A stretch of DNA of 64,000 nucleotides from Dehalococcoidia bacterium (GCA_041494685.1 JBGQBE010000013.1:1-64000), one strand, 5' to 3'; shown: positions 26,827-37,007, counted from the stretch's first letter. Notes: generated by a model not told the origin, from the letters alone. Made by a program: numbers and translations.

Positions 26827-27770
26827 GGGCGCAGCGGAACGCCCGCGTCGCCGTAGACCTGCCGCGGCGCGTCGATGACGGCGGTGTCCGGCGCGGGGCC
26901 GTCGGGCGAGGGTGCCTGGAGCAGTTGCTGGCGCTCCAGCACGTGCAGCAGGCCGCGGATGTAGCGCACGGCGCGTGGCACGGCGGTCTCCGGCTCCTCG
27001 AACCCCTCGTAGTCCAGGTGGACGAATCCACGGTAGCGGCCGAGGCGCAGCACGCGCAGCAGTTCCGGCCAGTGGATCTGCTCGTCGCTGCCGTCGTCGC
27101 GCACGTCGCGCATCCGGACGTGCGCCTGCACGACCTGCGGCAGCGTGGCGTCGATGCCGGCACGGTCGGCCAGGTCACCCGGGTCGAGGCAGACGCGCAG
27201 CCACGGGGAGCCGACGTCGTGTATGCACTGCTCGATCTGCGAAGGGGTGCCGACGAGGCCGTCGGTGCGGTTGTTCTGCAGCGCGAGGACGACGCCGCGC
27301 TCGGCCGCGTAGTCGGCGCACTGGCGCAGCGCCCAGGTGACGTCGGACCAGATACGGCGTCCGTTGGGCTGCTGCTGGCCGAAGAAGCGGCGCAGCACGC
27401 CGACGATGCGGCCCTGCACGGGCTCGGCGCGGCGGGCTGGCAGCCAGCCGGCGAATACGCGGACGACCGGCGCTCCCAGGTACGCCGCGACGTCACACCA
27501 CTGCTTGACCTTCTCGGTCTCCCGCAGGCGGCGGTCATCGGTCCCGAAGTCGTTGCTGACGGCGATGCCGCTGAGCGTGAGGCCGAGGTCGGCGCACTGT
27601 TTCTTGATGTCGCGCAGGTACACCGGGTCGGTCGTGGCGAAGTGCAGGTCCACCAGCTCGACGCCGTCCACCTCAAGCTCTTCGGCGCAGATGCGGAGCC
27701 ATTCGCGCAGGTCGATGCGGCCCGCGCGGAACGCGGCGTGGTACGACCAGGAGCTGCAACCGAGCTTCAC
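26823..27770 (-). CDS. Sugar-phosphate isomerase/epimerase (AP endonuclease 2 TIM-barrel) family
   Basis: LGCSSWSY, DGVEL, LGAPVVRVFAG, LALQNN, CLDPGD, YRGFVHLDYEG. Confidence 0.82.
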   Translation of the reverse strand: MKLGCSSWSYHAAFRAGRIDLREWLRICAEELEVDGVELVDLHFATTDPVYLRDIKKQCADLGLTLSGIAVSNDFGTDDRRLRETEKVKQWCDVAAYLGAPVVRVFAGWLPARRAEPVQGRIVGVLRRFFGQQQPNGRRIWSDVTWALRQCADYAAERGVVLALQNNRTDGLVGTPSQIEQCIHDVGSPWLRVCLDPGDLADRAGIDATLPQVVQAHVRMRDVRDDGSDEQIHWPELLRVLRLGRYRGFVHLDYEGFEEPETAVPRAVRYIRGLLHVLERQQLLQAPSPDGPAPDTAVIDAPRQVYGDAGVPLRP

Positions 27771-28585
27771 TACACGTCCTCCGGGAGCGCCTGCCCCTTT
27801 GCAATCGACTCGATGCCGCCGTAGCGCGTGCGGCGGAACGCCTCCGCGTACGTGCAGCCGAGGCCGGACTGCTCGGCGACGGCACGCGCGCCCGCCTTCA
27901 TGCGGCGCGCGATCGTCTCGTGGTAGTCGTGCGGGTCGAGCTGCGCCAGCCAGGGCACGTTCAGGCCGGACGCCTGGAGGTGGTGCTGCATGTCGGCGAT
28001 CGTCAGCACCATCTGCGCCTCGTGCTGATGCAGCGCCGCGATCTTCGTGTCGATGTGCGCGTCGATGTCGACGTACTTGTTCACGTCGCGCGGCGACTTC
28101 GCGAAGAACCAGTGCTCGCTCACATAGTGCGGCGCCAGGCCCTCGCGGATCTGCTCCGGGCTGTAGAGCGGGAAGTGCGAGAACGACGCTGCCTCGCTCG
28201 CCGCGACGGCGACGGCGCGATGGTCGGGGTGGCCCTCGTACGGTGTGAAGGGGTCCCAGGTGAACATGATGTCCGGCTTCACCTCGCGGATGATCTTGAT
28301 GAACTGGCCACGCAGTTTCTCGGGCGCGGCCTGGTACGCCAGGTCGCCGTCGGAGTAGCCGAGCGGGATCACGCGCTTCACGCCAAGCACCCGCGCCGCA
28401 CCTTCGAGCTCGCGGTCGCGGACCGCGCGCATCTCTTTCGCCGACAGCTCGAACGAGCCCTTGTCGTTGTCCGTGGCGCAGACCACGGTGACCTCGTGGC
28501 CGAGCGCGCAGAACTTGGCGATGGTACCGCCGGCGAAGAACTCCATGTCGTCGCCGTGCGCCTCGAAGACCAGCACTCGCTTCAT
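27770..28585 (-). CDS. PIG-L/LmbE-family de-N-acetylase
   Basis: EAHGDDME, RELEGAARVLG, HPDH, KIAALHQHEAQ, AEAF; probably leaderless (TAGAAT-N7-ATG). Confidence 0.9.
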   Translation of the reverse strand: MKRVLVFEAHGDDMEFFAGGTIAKFCALGHEVTVVCATDNDKGSFELSAKEMRAVRDRELEGAARVLGVKRVIPLGYSDGDLAYQAAPEKLRGQFIKIIREVKPDIMFTWDPFTPYEGHPDHRAVAVAASEAASFSHFPLYSPEQIREGLAPHYVSEHWFFAKSPRDVNKYVDIDAHIDTKIAALHQHEAQMVLTIADMQHHLQASGLNVPWLAQLDPHDYHETIARRMKAGARAVAEQSGLGCTYAEAFRRTRYGGIESIAKGQALPEDV

Positions 28586-28668
28586 GACGCCCATTCTATG
28601 GCCTCGCGGCCGGACGGGTTAGTAGTCCCGGTCGGGAATTGACGCGATTCTCGGCGCTGCGAAGCGCT

Positions 28669-30006
28669 TCAGAGGGAAATCTCACGGATCAGGTCGATGG
28701 CGGCGAGGCGGATCGTCTCCTCCGCCGACTCGTCGAGCATGGTGACGCCTGCCTCGTAACCGCCGCGCTCGAACTCGTGGCGTGGCACGAGGTAGCCGAC
28801 GTAGTGGTTCGCGTAGCAGGCGACGACGAGGTTGCGGACGCCGGCGGCTTCCTGGATCAGCCTCCCGGTCTCGGCGAAGAACTCGCCGGGCAGGCCGAGG
28901 ACGACGCAGCCGTCGCCAAGCGCGATCGCCTGGATCTCCGGGTGGGCGTAGTGCGGGCCGCCGGGCGAGCGCAGGCGCTCCGCCACGCTGCGCTCCGTCC
29001 GCAGGCGCGTCACCTGCTCCATGACGCGATGCAGCCCCGCCACGTCGCGCGGGTCGAGCGCGTCGCGTTCAGCCGCGAGGGCGGCGAGGCGGGCGTCGTA
29101 CGACTCGGGCGGGTCGAGCTGGCGCAGCGGCAGCGCGACCGTGCGGCTGAGCACGCGGATGCGCGGCTCGACGAGTTCGCCCGTTGTCACCGGCTTGTCG
29201 GACAGCTCGTCCCAGCGGATCGTCCAGACCTTGTGCTGTGAGCCCAGCGGCCGCAACTCCTGGATGCGGCGCGCGGCTTCCGCGCCGACGATCGAGCCGA
29301 CGCGCGCCGCCTCGTCGAAGCGCTGCTCGATCCAGGCGGGGTTGACGTCGCCGCACGCGCCGTTGAGGAAGATGACCGGCGACTCGCCGATAATGCCCTG
29401 CACGGTGCGCACGGCATAGCCGGGGTAGTCGGCCGAGATCAGCATGTTCGTGCCAAAGAGGACGGTGGCGTGGCATGCGAAGTTGACGATCGACGCGACC
29501 GCGCCGTCACGCGGGTCCAGCGAGTCGAAGAGCAGCACGCGCAGCGCGTCGTCGGCCGGGCTGGCGGGATCGCGGCGGTTCTGGCTGACGCTGTCGACGC
29601 TGCCGCGGCCGGCCTTGAGCACGGCGGGGCGCAGATTGCGCCAGGCGGCCTCGATGGCGCCTGCGAGCGTGCGGGCCATGATCTCGGTCAGCGGCTCATC
29701 GAGGTCGCGGCGCAAGCCAGCGGGGCCGGCGTGCGTGTGCGTGGCGGCGATCATGATGTTCGCGGCGGGGATGCCGGTCGCGGTTTGCGCGCGCTCGCGC
29801 ACGATGGCGACGAGGCGGCGGTCGAGGCCGACGAGATCGACGCCGACGATGGCGGCGCTGGTCGTCCCGTCATCGACGACGAGGGCGCGCGCGTGAAGGT
29901 CGTCGTGCACGCCGATGGAGCCGCCGACGCGGCCGCCGTAGCCGTCGAGCGGCGTGCCGATCGGCGGCGTCATCACGACTTCGGCCCCGCCCGCGCGCAA
30001 CGTCAT
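28669..30006 (-). CDS. Neutral/alkaline ceramidase-like amidohydrolase
   Basis: TPPIG..LDGY, HDDLHARAL, ATHTHAGP, NRR, NFACHAT, SADYPG, GACGD, LPGEFF, GYE. Confidence 0.85.
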   Translation of the reverse strand: MTLRAGGAEVVMTPPIGTPLDGYGGRVGGSIGVHDDLHARALVVDDGTTSAAIVGVDLVGLDRRLVAIVRERAQTATGIPAANIMIAATHTHAGPAGLRRDLDEPLTEIMARTLAGAIEAAWRNLRPAVLKAGRGSVDSVSQNRRDPASPADDALRVLLFDSLDPRDGAVASIVNFACHATVLFGTNMLISADYPGYAVRTVQGIIGESPVIFLNGACGDVNPAWIEQRFDEAARVGSIVGAEAARRIQELRPLGSQHKVWTIRWDELSDKPVTTGELVEPRIRVLSRTVALPLRQLDPPESYDARLAALAAERDALDPRDVAGLHRVMEQVTRLRTERSVAERLRSPGGPHYAHPEIQAIALGDGCVVLGLPGEFFAETGRLIQEAAGVRNLVVACYANHYVGYLVPRHEFERGGYEAGVTMLDESAEETIRLAAIDLIREISL

Positions 30007-30022
30007 GACCTTCGCTCCTTCG

Positions 30023-30565
30023 CTACGGCCCCAGCACTTCGTGGCCCTGCGTGCGCTCGGCCGCGCCGGCACGGCCGAGTGCCCATTGCGCCGCCGGATC
30101 GTCGATGACGACGGCGCGGAACACGTCGCCGCCGAGGCGATCGACAAGCGCCGCATACTGCTCTCCGAAGCGCGACTCCCACGGCTTGAGGTAGCAGACC
30201 TCGCGCACGTTGGCCTGCAGCAGCTCCTTCAGGCAGCCGAAGCAGGGCTGCAGCGTCGTGTAGATGGTGCAGCCTTCGACGGCGACGCCGAAGCGCGCAG
30301 CGGCGAGCAGCGCGTTCTGTTCGGCGTGGACGCAGATGCAGAGGTCGTAGCCTTGGCCGCTCGGGTAGTCCTCGGGGTGGGCGCAGCGGTGACAGCCGCC
30401 CTCCTCGCAGTTGCGCATCTTCGACGGGGTGCCGTTATAGCCGGTGCTGAGGATGCGCCCCTCGCGCACGATGATCGCGCCGACGCGGCGGCCGGTGCAG
30501 TTGGCGCGCGCGCGCACGGCGATGGCGATGCCCATGAAGTAGGCGTCGGGTTCAGGGCGTGGCAT
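30023..30565 (-). CDS. dCMP deaminase / ComEB family
   Basis: YFMGIA, RANC..RRVGA, TGYNG, VHAEQNA, PCFGC. Confidence 0.92.
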   Translation of the reverse strand: MPRPEPDAYFMGIAIAVRARANCTGRRVGAIIVREGRILSTGYNGTPSKMRNCEEGGCHRCAHPEDYPSGQGYDLCICVHAEQNALLAAARFGVAVEGCTIYTTLQPCFGCLKELLQANVREVCYLKPWESRFGEQYAALVDRLGGDVFRAVVIDDPAAQWALGRAGAAERTQGHEVLGP

Positions 30566-30971
30566 CAGATCCGTACACCTTCGCGTTTCGCACGGGGATC
30601 TCCAGCGTGCCCGCCGTCGGATTCTCGAACTGGAGGCGGCCGTTGGTGTAGGTGATCGCGACGACCTGGTCGAGGAACGGCTCGTAGCGCGCTGCCGGCT
30701 CCGCCTTCGAGCAGTCCATCCCGGCGACGATCTTTTCCACGTTCGTCCGAACGATCAGCGCGCCGTCCTGGCAGCCCGCGGCGAGCAGCGTCCGGACGCC
30801 GGTGGGCGTGCCCGGTACGCCGGTGCGGTGCGCGGGCTCGCCGATCATCTCGCCTTCGGCCATCGCCCGGCCGCCGACGACCGGCTGAGGTGCGCGGCCG
30901 GTCATGCAGGCCGCGGCGGCCAGCGCGACCAGCAGCGTCAACCCGAGTGCGCGCGCTCTGTGCTTGCTCAT
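30552..30971 (-). CDS. Hypothetical lipoprotein
   Basis: Basic N-terminus, hydrophobic core, AAAAC lipobox; overlaps both neighbours. Confidence 0.65.
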   Translation of the reverse strand: MSKHRARALGLTLLVALAAAACMTGRAPQPVVGGRAMAEGEMIGEPAHRTGVPGTPTGVRTLLAAGCQDGALIVRTNVEKIVAGMDCSKAEPAARYEPFLDQVVAITYTNGRLQFENPTAGTLEIPVRNAKVYGSDATP

Positions 30972-31876
30972 TGCTCCAGGCGGTCCAGCGCCAGGCGCAC
31001 CGCGCCGATGATCTGCGCGTCCTGGCCAAGCGCCGACAGCACAATCTTCGGGCGCGCGGGCATGCAGCGCAACGCCATCTCCCGGATCGGGGCGATGAAC
31101 TCTTCGCCTTGGGCGGCGACGACGCCGCCGCCGAAGACGATCGCGTCGGGGTCGAGCAGCGCGCCGACGTCGGCGACAGCCATGGCGATGTACTCCTGAG
31201 TCTCGGCGAGCCAGGCGGCCGCCTCTGGGTGACCGGCCTTCGCGGCATCGAAGAGGTCCGCGGCCTTCGCGTGCTGGCCGAGCAGGGCAGAGGCCTTCGC
31301 GGCGGCGGCGCGGCCGCCGACGACGCCTTCGAGGCAGTGCTGCCAGTCGCCCGCGCGTAGTTGGTCGCGGGTCATCGGGAAGAACGCGACTTCCCCCGCC
31401 ACGAAATGGCTACCGCGGTGGAGGTGGCCGCCCAGCACGACGCCGGCGCCGATGCCGGTGCCGAGCGCGATGAAGACGTGGTCGCGCAGGCCCTTCGCGG
31501 CTCCAATCCAGCCCTCGCCGACCGCAGCGGCGTTCGCGTCGTTCTCCATCGCGACGGGGACGCCGCGCGGCACGCCCAGCACATCGGCGATGCGGACGCC
31601 GTCCCAGCCGGGCATGTTGGCGATCGAGACGGCGGTGCCGGAAGCGGGGTCGACCGCGCCGGGCAGGACGATGCCAATGCCGGCGACGCGTGCGCCGACC
31701 CAGACGCCGCGCACGAGGTCGTCGATGATGCGGCCGACCTTCGCCAGCACGTCGGCCGGTGCGCCGACGGGGACGGGCGCGGCCCGGCGCGCCTCGATCT
31801 CGCCGTCTTCGTTGGCGATGACGACGCGGACGTTGGTGGCGCCGAGGTCCACGCCGGCGATGAAGTTGTGCGGCAT
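30968..31876 (-). CDS. ROK-family sugar kinase
   Basis: GVDLGAT, PGAVD, ENDANAAAVGE, LGTGIGAG, AGEVA; no HTH; probably leaderless. Confidence 0.9.
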   Translation of the reverse strand: MPHNFIAGVDLGATNVRVVIANEDGEIEARRAAPVPVGAPADVLAKVGRIIDDLVRGVWVGARVAGIGIVLPGAVDPASGTAVSIANMPGWDGVRIADVLGVPRGVPVAMENDANAAAVGEGWIGAAKGLRDHVFIALGTGIGAGVVLGGHLHRGSHFVAGEVAFFPMTRDQLRAGDWQHCLEGVVGGRAAAAKASALLGQHAKAADLFDAAKAGHPEAAAWLAETQEYIAMAVADVGALLDPDAIVFGGGVVAAQGEEFIAPIREMALRCMPARPKIVLSALGQDAQIIGAVRLALDRLEQ

Positions 31877-32157
31877 GCGGCTAGGGTACCGTCGCGGCGG
31901 AGGGGCGGGAAGCGGAGAGGGGGCTTTCTGTTGGAGAGCGGGACTCAACACAGAGGCGCGGAGGCGCAGATGATACAGAGGTCGAGGTTGGTCGATCCAG
32001 GTCGGGGAGGTTGTTTTGCGACGCTGCGGGCAGACGGGGAAGGTGTCCAGTGTCAACGTATCGAGCACGACATAACGGCGCGGGATGGCGTGACGCGTGG
32101 GCGGACGGCATTCCAGAATGGTAGATTGGTGCCGAGTTCGGCGTAGCCACGGGGCAC

Positions 32158-33264
32158 ATGCTCGATATCTATCTGCTCACCCTCGCTCTGTCTATCGCCA
32201 TCGGCGTTGCCGCGTCGATACTGCTGCTCGCTCTCTCACGAACGGGACGCTTCAGTGGATTGTTCGACGTCCGCGGCGTCGCGGAGCGGCCGCGCTGGGG
32301 CGGCGTCGTGTTCCTGGCCACGTTCGCCATCACGCCGTTCGCGGCGTCAGTGCTCTCCAGCCACGCAAGCGAGTTCTTCTCGCCGAAGTCGTCGAGCTTC
32401 CTGGGACTGCTCGCGGCCGTGGCGCTGGTGTTCATCGTGGGCTTCCTGGACGACGTCCGGCTGACGAGCCCGCTCCTCCGCTCGGTCGTGTTCCTGACGG
32501 GCGGCACGGCAGCTTACGCGGCCGGCTACCGCATCGACGACATCGGCCTGCCGTGGGGGCAGAGCATCCACCTGGGCTGGATGGGCTTCTTCGCGACGGT
32601 GCTCTGGATCTACGTGATGACCAACGCCGTCAACTTCATCGACGGGCGCGACGGTGTGGCGCTGGGCGTGGCGATCTTCGCCTGCGTGACGATGGCGCAG
32701 ATCGGCGCGCACTCATCGCACCCGACGGTGGCGCTGCTGCTGGTGGCGATGGCGGGCGCGGGGCTGGGGCTGCTGCCGTTCAACCTGCCGCCCGCGTCGA
32801 TCTACATCGGCGACTCGGGCGCGTACGTGCTGGGCTTCGTGCTCGGCACGCTGTCAGTTCGCGCGTCGACGGGGCCGTCGGACCAGATCTTCATCGCCGT
32901 GCCGCTGTTCGCGCTGGGGTACCCGATCCTGGACGGCGCGCTGGCGACCGTGCGGCGCTTGCTGCAGCACAAGCACCCGATGATCGGCGACGAAGACCAC
33001 ATCCACCACCGGCTGGAGACATTGGGCGCGGGGCCGCGCGGCATGCTCGTGATCATCTACGCGCTCGCGGCCGTATTCTCGACCGGCGCGATCCTGGTGC
33101 ACTATGTCGACAACACGCTGCTGCAGTGGACGGTGTTCATGGCGACGATCGCGGTGGTCACAGGCACGCTGCTGCGCCTCGGGTACGTCGTGACGTTGTG
33201 GAACAGCCACAGCATCGTCTGGCTGCGGCAGCACGTCTTCCAGCCGGCGAACCGGGACCAGTAG
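32158..33264 (+). CDS. MraY/WecA/TagO-family polyprenyl-phosphate HexNAc-1-phosphate transferase
   Basis: PRWGG, GFLDD, NAVNFIDGRDG, FNLPPASIYIGDSG, HIHH; multiple TM helices. Confidence 0.92.
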   Translation: MLDIYLLTLALSIAIGVAASILLLALSRTGRFSGLFDVRGVAERPRWGGVVFLATFAITPFAASVLSSHASEFFSPKSSSFLGLLAAVALVFIVGFLDDVRLTSPLLRSVVFLTGGTAAYAAGYRIDDIGLPWGQSIHLGWMGFFATVLWIYVMTNAVNFIDGRDGVALGVAIFACVTMAQIGAHSSHPTVALLLVAMAGAGLGLLPFNLPPASIYIGDSGAYVLGFVLGTLSVRASTGPSDQIFIAVPLFALGYPILDGALATVRRLLQHKHPMIGDEDHIHHRLETLGAGPRGMLVIIYALAAVFSTGAILVHYVDNTLLQWTVFMATIAVVTGTLLRLGYVVTLWNSHSIVWLRQHVFQPANRDQ

Positions 33265-33375
33265 TCGGTAGTCGATAGTTCTCGCGTCGCATCGTTGCAG
33301 AAACTGCAATCTCCGCGTGCACGCGTGAGGTAGAAGCTTCCGGTATCGTCCTCTCGGACAACGCCGGAGGTTTTC

Positions 33376-34077
33376 ATGCCCGCTCTCAGAGCCGTCATTC
33401 GCGCTTGCGCCACCGTCGCCGTCGTGGCGGCGCTGCTATGGTCGGCGGTCAGCGCGCTGATCGCCTTTTACGTGCTCGTCATGATCCGCGAGCGGTACGG
33501 GCGCGGCGGGCCGATTCCCGCGAGCCAGGCGCAGCAGCTCCTGAATCCGGCGCGGCGGTGGCTCCAGCCGCCGATGGGCACGCTGCTGCGCCTCTTCCGC
33601 GTCCGGGCCGGTGATACGGTGCTGGAGATCGGGCCGGGGCCGGGCTACTTCACGGTCGAAGCGGGGCGCCTCGCCGGGCCCGCAGGACGCGTCGTCTGCG
33701 TCGACATCCAGCCGGGGATGGTGTCGATCTTGCGACGGCGGCTGCGCGAGCAGCACGTCGCGAACGCGCATCCCGTCGCCGGAGACGCGACACGGCTGCC
33801 GCTGGCGGACGGCTCCGTCGACGTCGCGTTCCTGGTCTTCGTCCTCGGCGAGATCCCCGATCGCCCGGCCGCGCTGGCGGAGTTGCGCCGCGTGATGAAG
33901 CCGGGCGGAGTGCTGTCTGTGATGGAAGGGATGAACGACCCCGACTACCAGCTCGAGGCCAGCGTGCGCGACCTCTGCCGCGCGGTCGGGTTCACGGAGC
34001 TCGATCACCAGCACCAGCGGCTGGGCTACGTGCGATGCTTCGCGGCGCCGGGGGCAGTAGCGGCGGTTAGCAGTTAA
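33376..34077 (+). CDS. Class I SAM-dependent methyltransferase with an N-terminal TM helix
   Basis: VLEIGPGPG, VDIQ, GDATRLPL, RVMKPGG; GGAGG SD. Confidence 0.88.
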   Translation: MPALRAVIRACATVAVVAALLWSAVSALIAFYVLVMIRERYGRGGPIPASQAQQLLNPARRWLQPPMGTLLRLFRVRAGDTVLEIGPGPGYFTVEAGRLAGPAGRVVCVDIQPGMVSILRRRLREQHVANAHPVAGDATRLPLADGSVDVAFLVFVLGEIPDRPAALAELRRVMKPGGVLSVMEGMNDPDYQLEASVRDLCRAVGFTELDHQHQRLGYVRCFAAPGAVAAVSS

Positions 34078-34954
34078 CTGCTGGCGGTTGCCGCATGCGG
34101 CGCAGTGCGCGCTTGGCGGCACCGGCGGCGAGCAGGTAGGCGCAGCGGGCGGCGATGCCGGCGGCGGTGGCCGCGTCCCGGGCGACGTTGCCCCGCATGT
34201 GCTTGCGGTAGTAGCGCCACATGCTCTTGTGCCGCTCCAGCACGACGCGCGGCGCGGCGCTCGTGCTGATGCCGATGCCGTGGTGCATCTCGACGGCCGG
34301 CTGATACACGACGCGGTAGCCGGCGTCGTGGACGCGCTTGCAGAAATCCACATCCTCGCTGAACAGGAAGAACGCCGGGTCCCAGCCGCCGACCGCGTCG
34401 AAGACGGCGCGCGGAAACATCAGCGCCGCGCCGCTCGCCCAGTCGACCTCGCGCTCGACGGTGTGGTCGAAGTCGGACATCAGGTAGCGACGGGAGACGG
34501 CGTTGCGCGGGAAGAGCCGCGTCAGGATCGAGTAGCGGCTGAAGAGGGCGGTGGCGTAGCCGGGGAAGGCGCGGCAGCTGAACTGGAGGGTGCCGTCGTC
34601 GTTCAGCAGCTTCGGCGCGACGACGCCGACATCGGCGTGCGCGCGCAGGTACGCCGCCAGCGGGGACAGCGGGTCCGCATCGAAGCGGATATCCGGGTTC
34701 AGCACGGCGACGTACGCGCCCGACGTGGTGGCGACGCCCTCGTTGACACCGGCGGAGAGCCCGACGTTCGTGCGGCGGGCGATCAGCCGCACCGCTGGGA
34801 AGTCGCGCGCGATCAACTCCGCGGTGCCGTCGGAGGACGCGTTGTCGACGACGACGACCTCGGCGTGCGGGACGTGATCGCGCAGCGCCGCCAGCAGCGC
34901 CGGCACCGTCGCGCGCGAGTTGTAGGTGACGATCACGACGGAGACGTCGCTCAC
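34067..34954 (-). CDS. GT2 glycosyltransferase (WbbL-like rhamnosyltransferase type)
   Basis: VVIVTYNS, VDNASSDG, LNPD, DWASGAA, FFLFSEDVD. Confidence 0.9.
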   Translation of the reverse strand: MSDVSVVIVTYNSRATVPALLAALRDHVPHAEVVVVDNASSDGTAELIARDFPAVRLIARRTNVGLSAGVNEGVATTSGAYVAVLNPDIRFDADPLSPLAAYLRAHADVGVVAPKLLNDDGTLQFSCRAFPGYATALFSRYSILTRLFPRNAVSRRYLMSDFDHTVEREVDWASGAALMFPRAVFDAVGGWDPAFFLFSEDVDFCKRVHDAGYRVVYQPAVEMHHGIGISTSAAPRVVLERHKSMWRYYRKHMRGNVARDAATAAGIAARCAYLLAAGAAKRALRRMRQPPAVNC

Positions 34955-36087
34955 GGCGTGCCCCGCCCGCCGCTGACGGCGCGCGCGTAGACGGGGTAGG
35001 TCTCGTCGGCGGCGCGGCGCCAGCTGAAGCGCGACGCGCGTTCGCGGCCGCGGCGCGAGAGGTCGGCGCGCAGATCGGCGTCCGAGAGCAGGCGGCGCAG
35101 GCCGTCGCGGATGGCGTCCACGGAATGCGGGTCGACGAGCAGCGCGGCGTCGCCGGCAACCTCGGCCGTGGCGGAGCGGTCAGATGTGAGGACGGGCGTG
35201 CCGCAGGCCATCGCCTCGATCACGGGCAGGCCGAAGCCCTCGTACAGCGACGGGAGGGCGAACGCGGTGGCGGCGCTGTAGAGCGCGGGCAGGTCTTCGG
35301 CGCGGACGTAGCCGGGGAAGATCACGCGGTCGCGCATGCCCAGCTCGTCGACGAGCGCGAAGTCGGCGTCGTACTTCCAGGCGCGCTGGCCCACGATCAC
35401 CAGCCGCGCGTCGACGCCTTCGTCGCGCAGCGCGTGGACGGCGCGGAGCAGGCGCGCGCGATTCTTGCCGGGCTCCAGGCTGCCGACGCTCAGCACGAAC
35501 GGCGACTCGATGCCGTAGCCGCGGGCGACGGCCAGCGCGGCTTCGCGCTCGGCCGGTACGTACTGCGCGCCGGCGGCCTCGTACACGGTCGTGATCTTCG
35601 CCGCTGGCACGCGCAGCAGGCGCCGGACGTCGTCGCGCACCGCGTCCGACGGCACGATGATGGCATCGGCGACGCGGGCCGAGAGGCGCGTGAGCGTCTG
35701 CATGTAGAGGCGGCGGGCGGGCGGATAGCGCTCCGGGATGCGAAGGAACGTCACGTCGTGGATCGTGACGACGCGGCGGCATCGCACGCCCGTGAGCGGC
35801 AGCGTGTGGTGCGTCGAGTGCAGCACGTCGATGCCGAGCGACGCGACCGCACGCGGCAGGCGGAGCTGCTCCCACGCCAGCCGCGCGACGCGCGAACCGG
35901 CGCCGACACGCTCCAGCCGCCAGTTCTTGCGGCCGGCGACGACGGCCTCGGCCCATGCGCCGCGCGTGAAGAGGGCGTAGCCGTCGTGGCGGTCGCGCTC
36001 GGCGAGCGCGCGCACAAGCTCGATCGCGTAGATGCCCGCGCCCGCGGGCTGCTGCGGCACCGACGTGGCGTCGATCGCGATCCTCAC
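34951..36087 (-). CDS. GT4 glycosyltransferase
   Basis: VVTIHD, VGSLEPGKN, PSLYEGFGLPVIEAMACG. Confidence 0.93.
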   Translation of the reverse strand: MRIAIDATSVPQQPAGAGIYAIELVRALAERDRHDGYALFTRGAWAEAVVAGRKNWRLERVGAGSRVARLAWEQLRLPRAVASLGIDVLHSTHHTLPLTGVRCRRVVTIHDVTFLRIPERYPPARRLYMQTLTRLSARVADAIIVPSDAVRDDVRRLLRVPAAKITTVYEAAGAQYVPAEREAALAVARGYGIESPFVLSVGSLEPGKNRARLLRAVHALRDEGVDARLVIVGQRAWKYDADFALVDELGMRDRVIFPGYVRAEDLPALYSAATAFALPSLYEGFGLPVIEAMACGTPVLTSDRSATAEVAGDAALLVDPHSVDAIRDGLRRLLSDADLRADLSRRGRERASRFSWRRAADETYPVYARAVSGGRGTP

Positions 36088-37007
36088 AGGTCACGCACCT
36101 GCATCGTGCGGCCCATGCGGCCGCGGTAGTAGTCGAGCGCGCCGAGCGCCATCGCGCGCAGCAGCCGCCACTCGCGGTGGGCGGCCATGCGCGCGGCGGT
36201 GCCGATCCGCGTCGCCCAGAAGTACGCGGTGAACTCGGCGTAGTCGAGGCGCGAGCGGGCGTGCTTGCGCACCAGGTAGAGGCGGTTGCGCGTGGCGTAA
36301 TACTGCTTGAACGGCGTCATCCAGCCGCCGCCGCTGGAGCCGCTCTCGCGGTGGTAGATGACGGACGACGGCTCGTAGCGGACGCCGTAACCACGTTCCT
36401 GGGCGCGGCGGATGAAGTCGGTCTCCTCGTAGTACATGAAGAAGCGCTCGTCCAGCATGCCGGCGTCACGGAACGCCTGCGCGGGCACGAGCGCGCAGCA
36501 GAAGCTGGCGGTGGCGAGGCCGTCGCGGGGGCGGTCGGCCTCCGGCCCGGCGGGGCGTCCGCCGTAAGTGTCGCGGAAAAGGCCCAGCTTCCAGTCGAAG
36601 CCACCGGCGTGCGTGCTGACGAGCGCGTGATCGTAGTAGTAGAGGATCTTCGGCACGACCATCGTCCGCCCGTCCGCCGCGTCGACGAGGCGGCGCAGGA
36701 AGCCGGGCGTGAGCGTCACGTCGTTGTTGAGGAAGAGCGCGTAGTCGTCGCCGCGCTCCAGGCAGGCGCGGATGCCGATGTTCGCGCCGGCCGCGAAGCC
36801 GACGTTCTCGGCGCAGCGCACGAGCATGGCGGCGGGAAAGGCGGCGGCGATCGTGTCCATCGATCCGTCGGCGGAGGCGGAGTCGACGACGACGAGACGC
36901 CACGAGGGGTAGTCGATCTGCGCGAGCGAGGCGCAAAACTCGTCGATGAATCCGGCGCTGTTGTAGTTGACGACGACGATGGCCACCGATGGCGCCGCGT
37001 CAGCCAT
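36084..37007 (-). CDS. GT2 glycosyltransferase
   Basis: VVVNYNS, VDSAS, NVGFAAGAN, LNND, FFMYYEETD, RNR. Confidence 0.9.
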   Translation of the reverse strand: MADAAPSVAIVVVNYNSAGFIDEFCASLAQIDYPSWRLVVVDSASADGSMDTIAAAFPAAMLVRCAENVGFAAGANIGIRACLERGDDYALFLNNDVTLTPGFLRRLVDAADGRTMVVPKILYYYDHALVSTHAGGFDWKLGLFRDTYGGRPAGPEADRPRDGLATASFCCALVPAQAFRDAGMLDERFFMYYEETDFIRRAQERGYGVRYEPSSVIYHRESGSSGGGWMTPFKQYYATRNRLYLVRKHARSRLDYAEFTAYFWATRIGTAARMAAHREWRLLRAMALGALDYYRGRMGRTMQVRDL

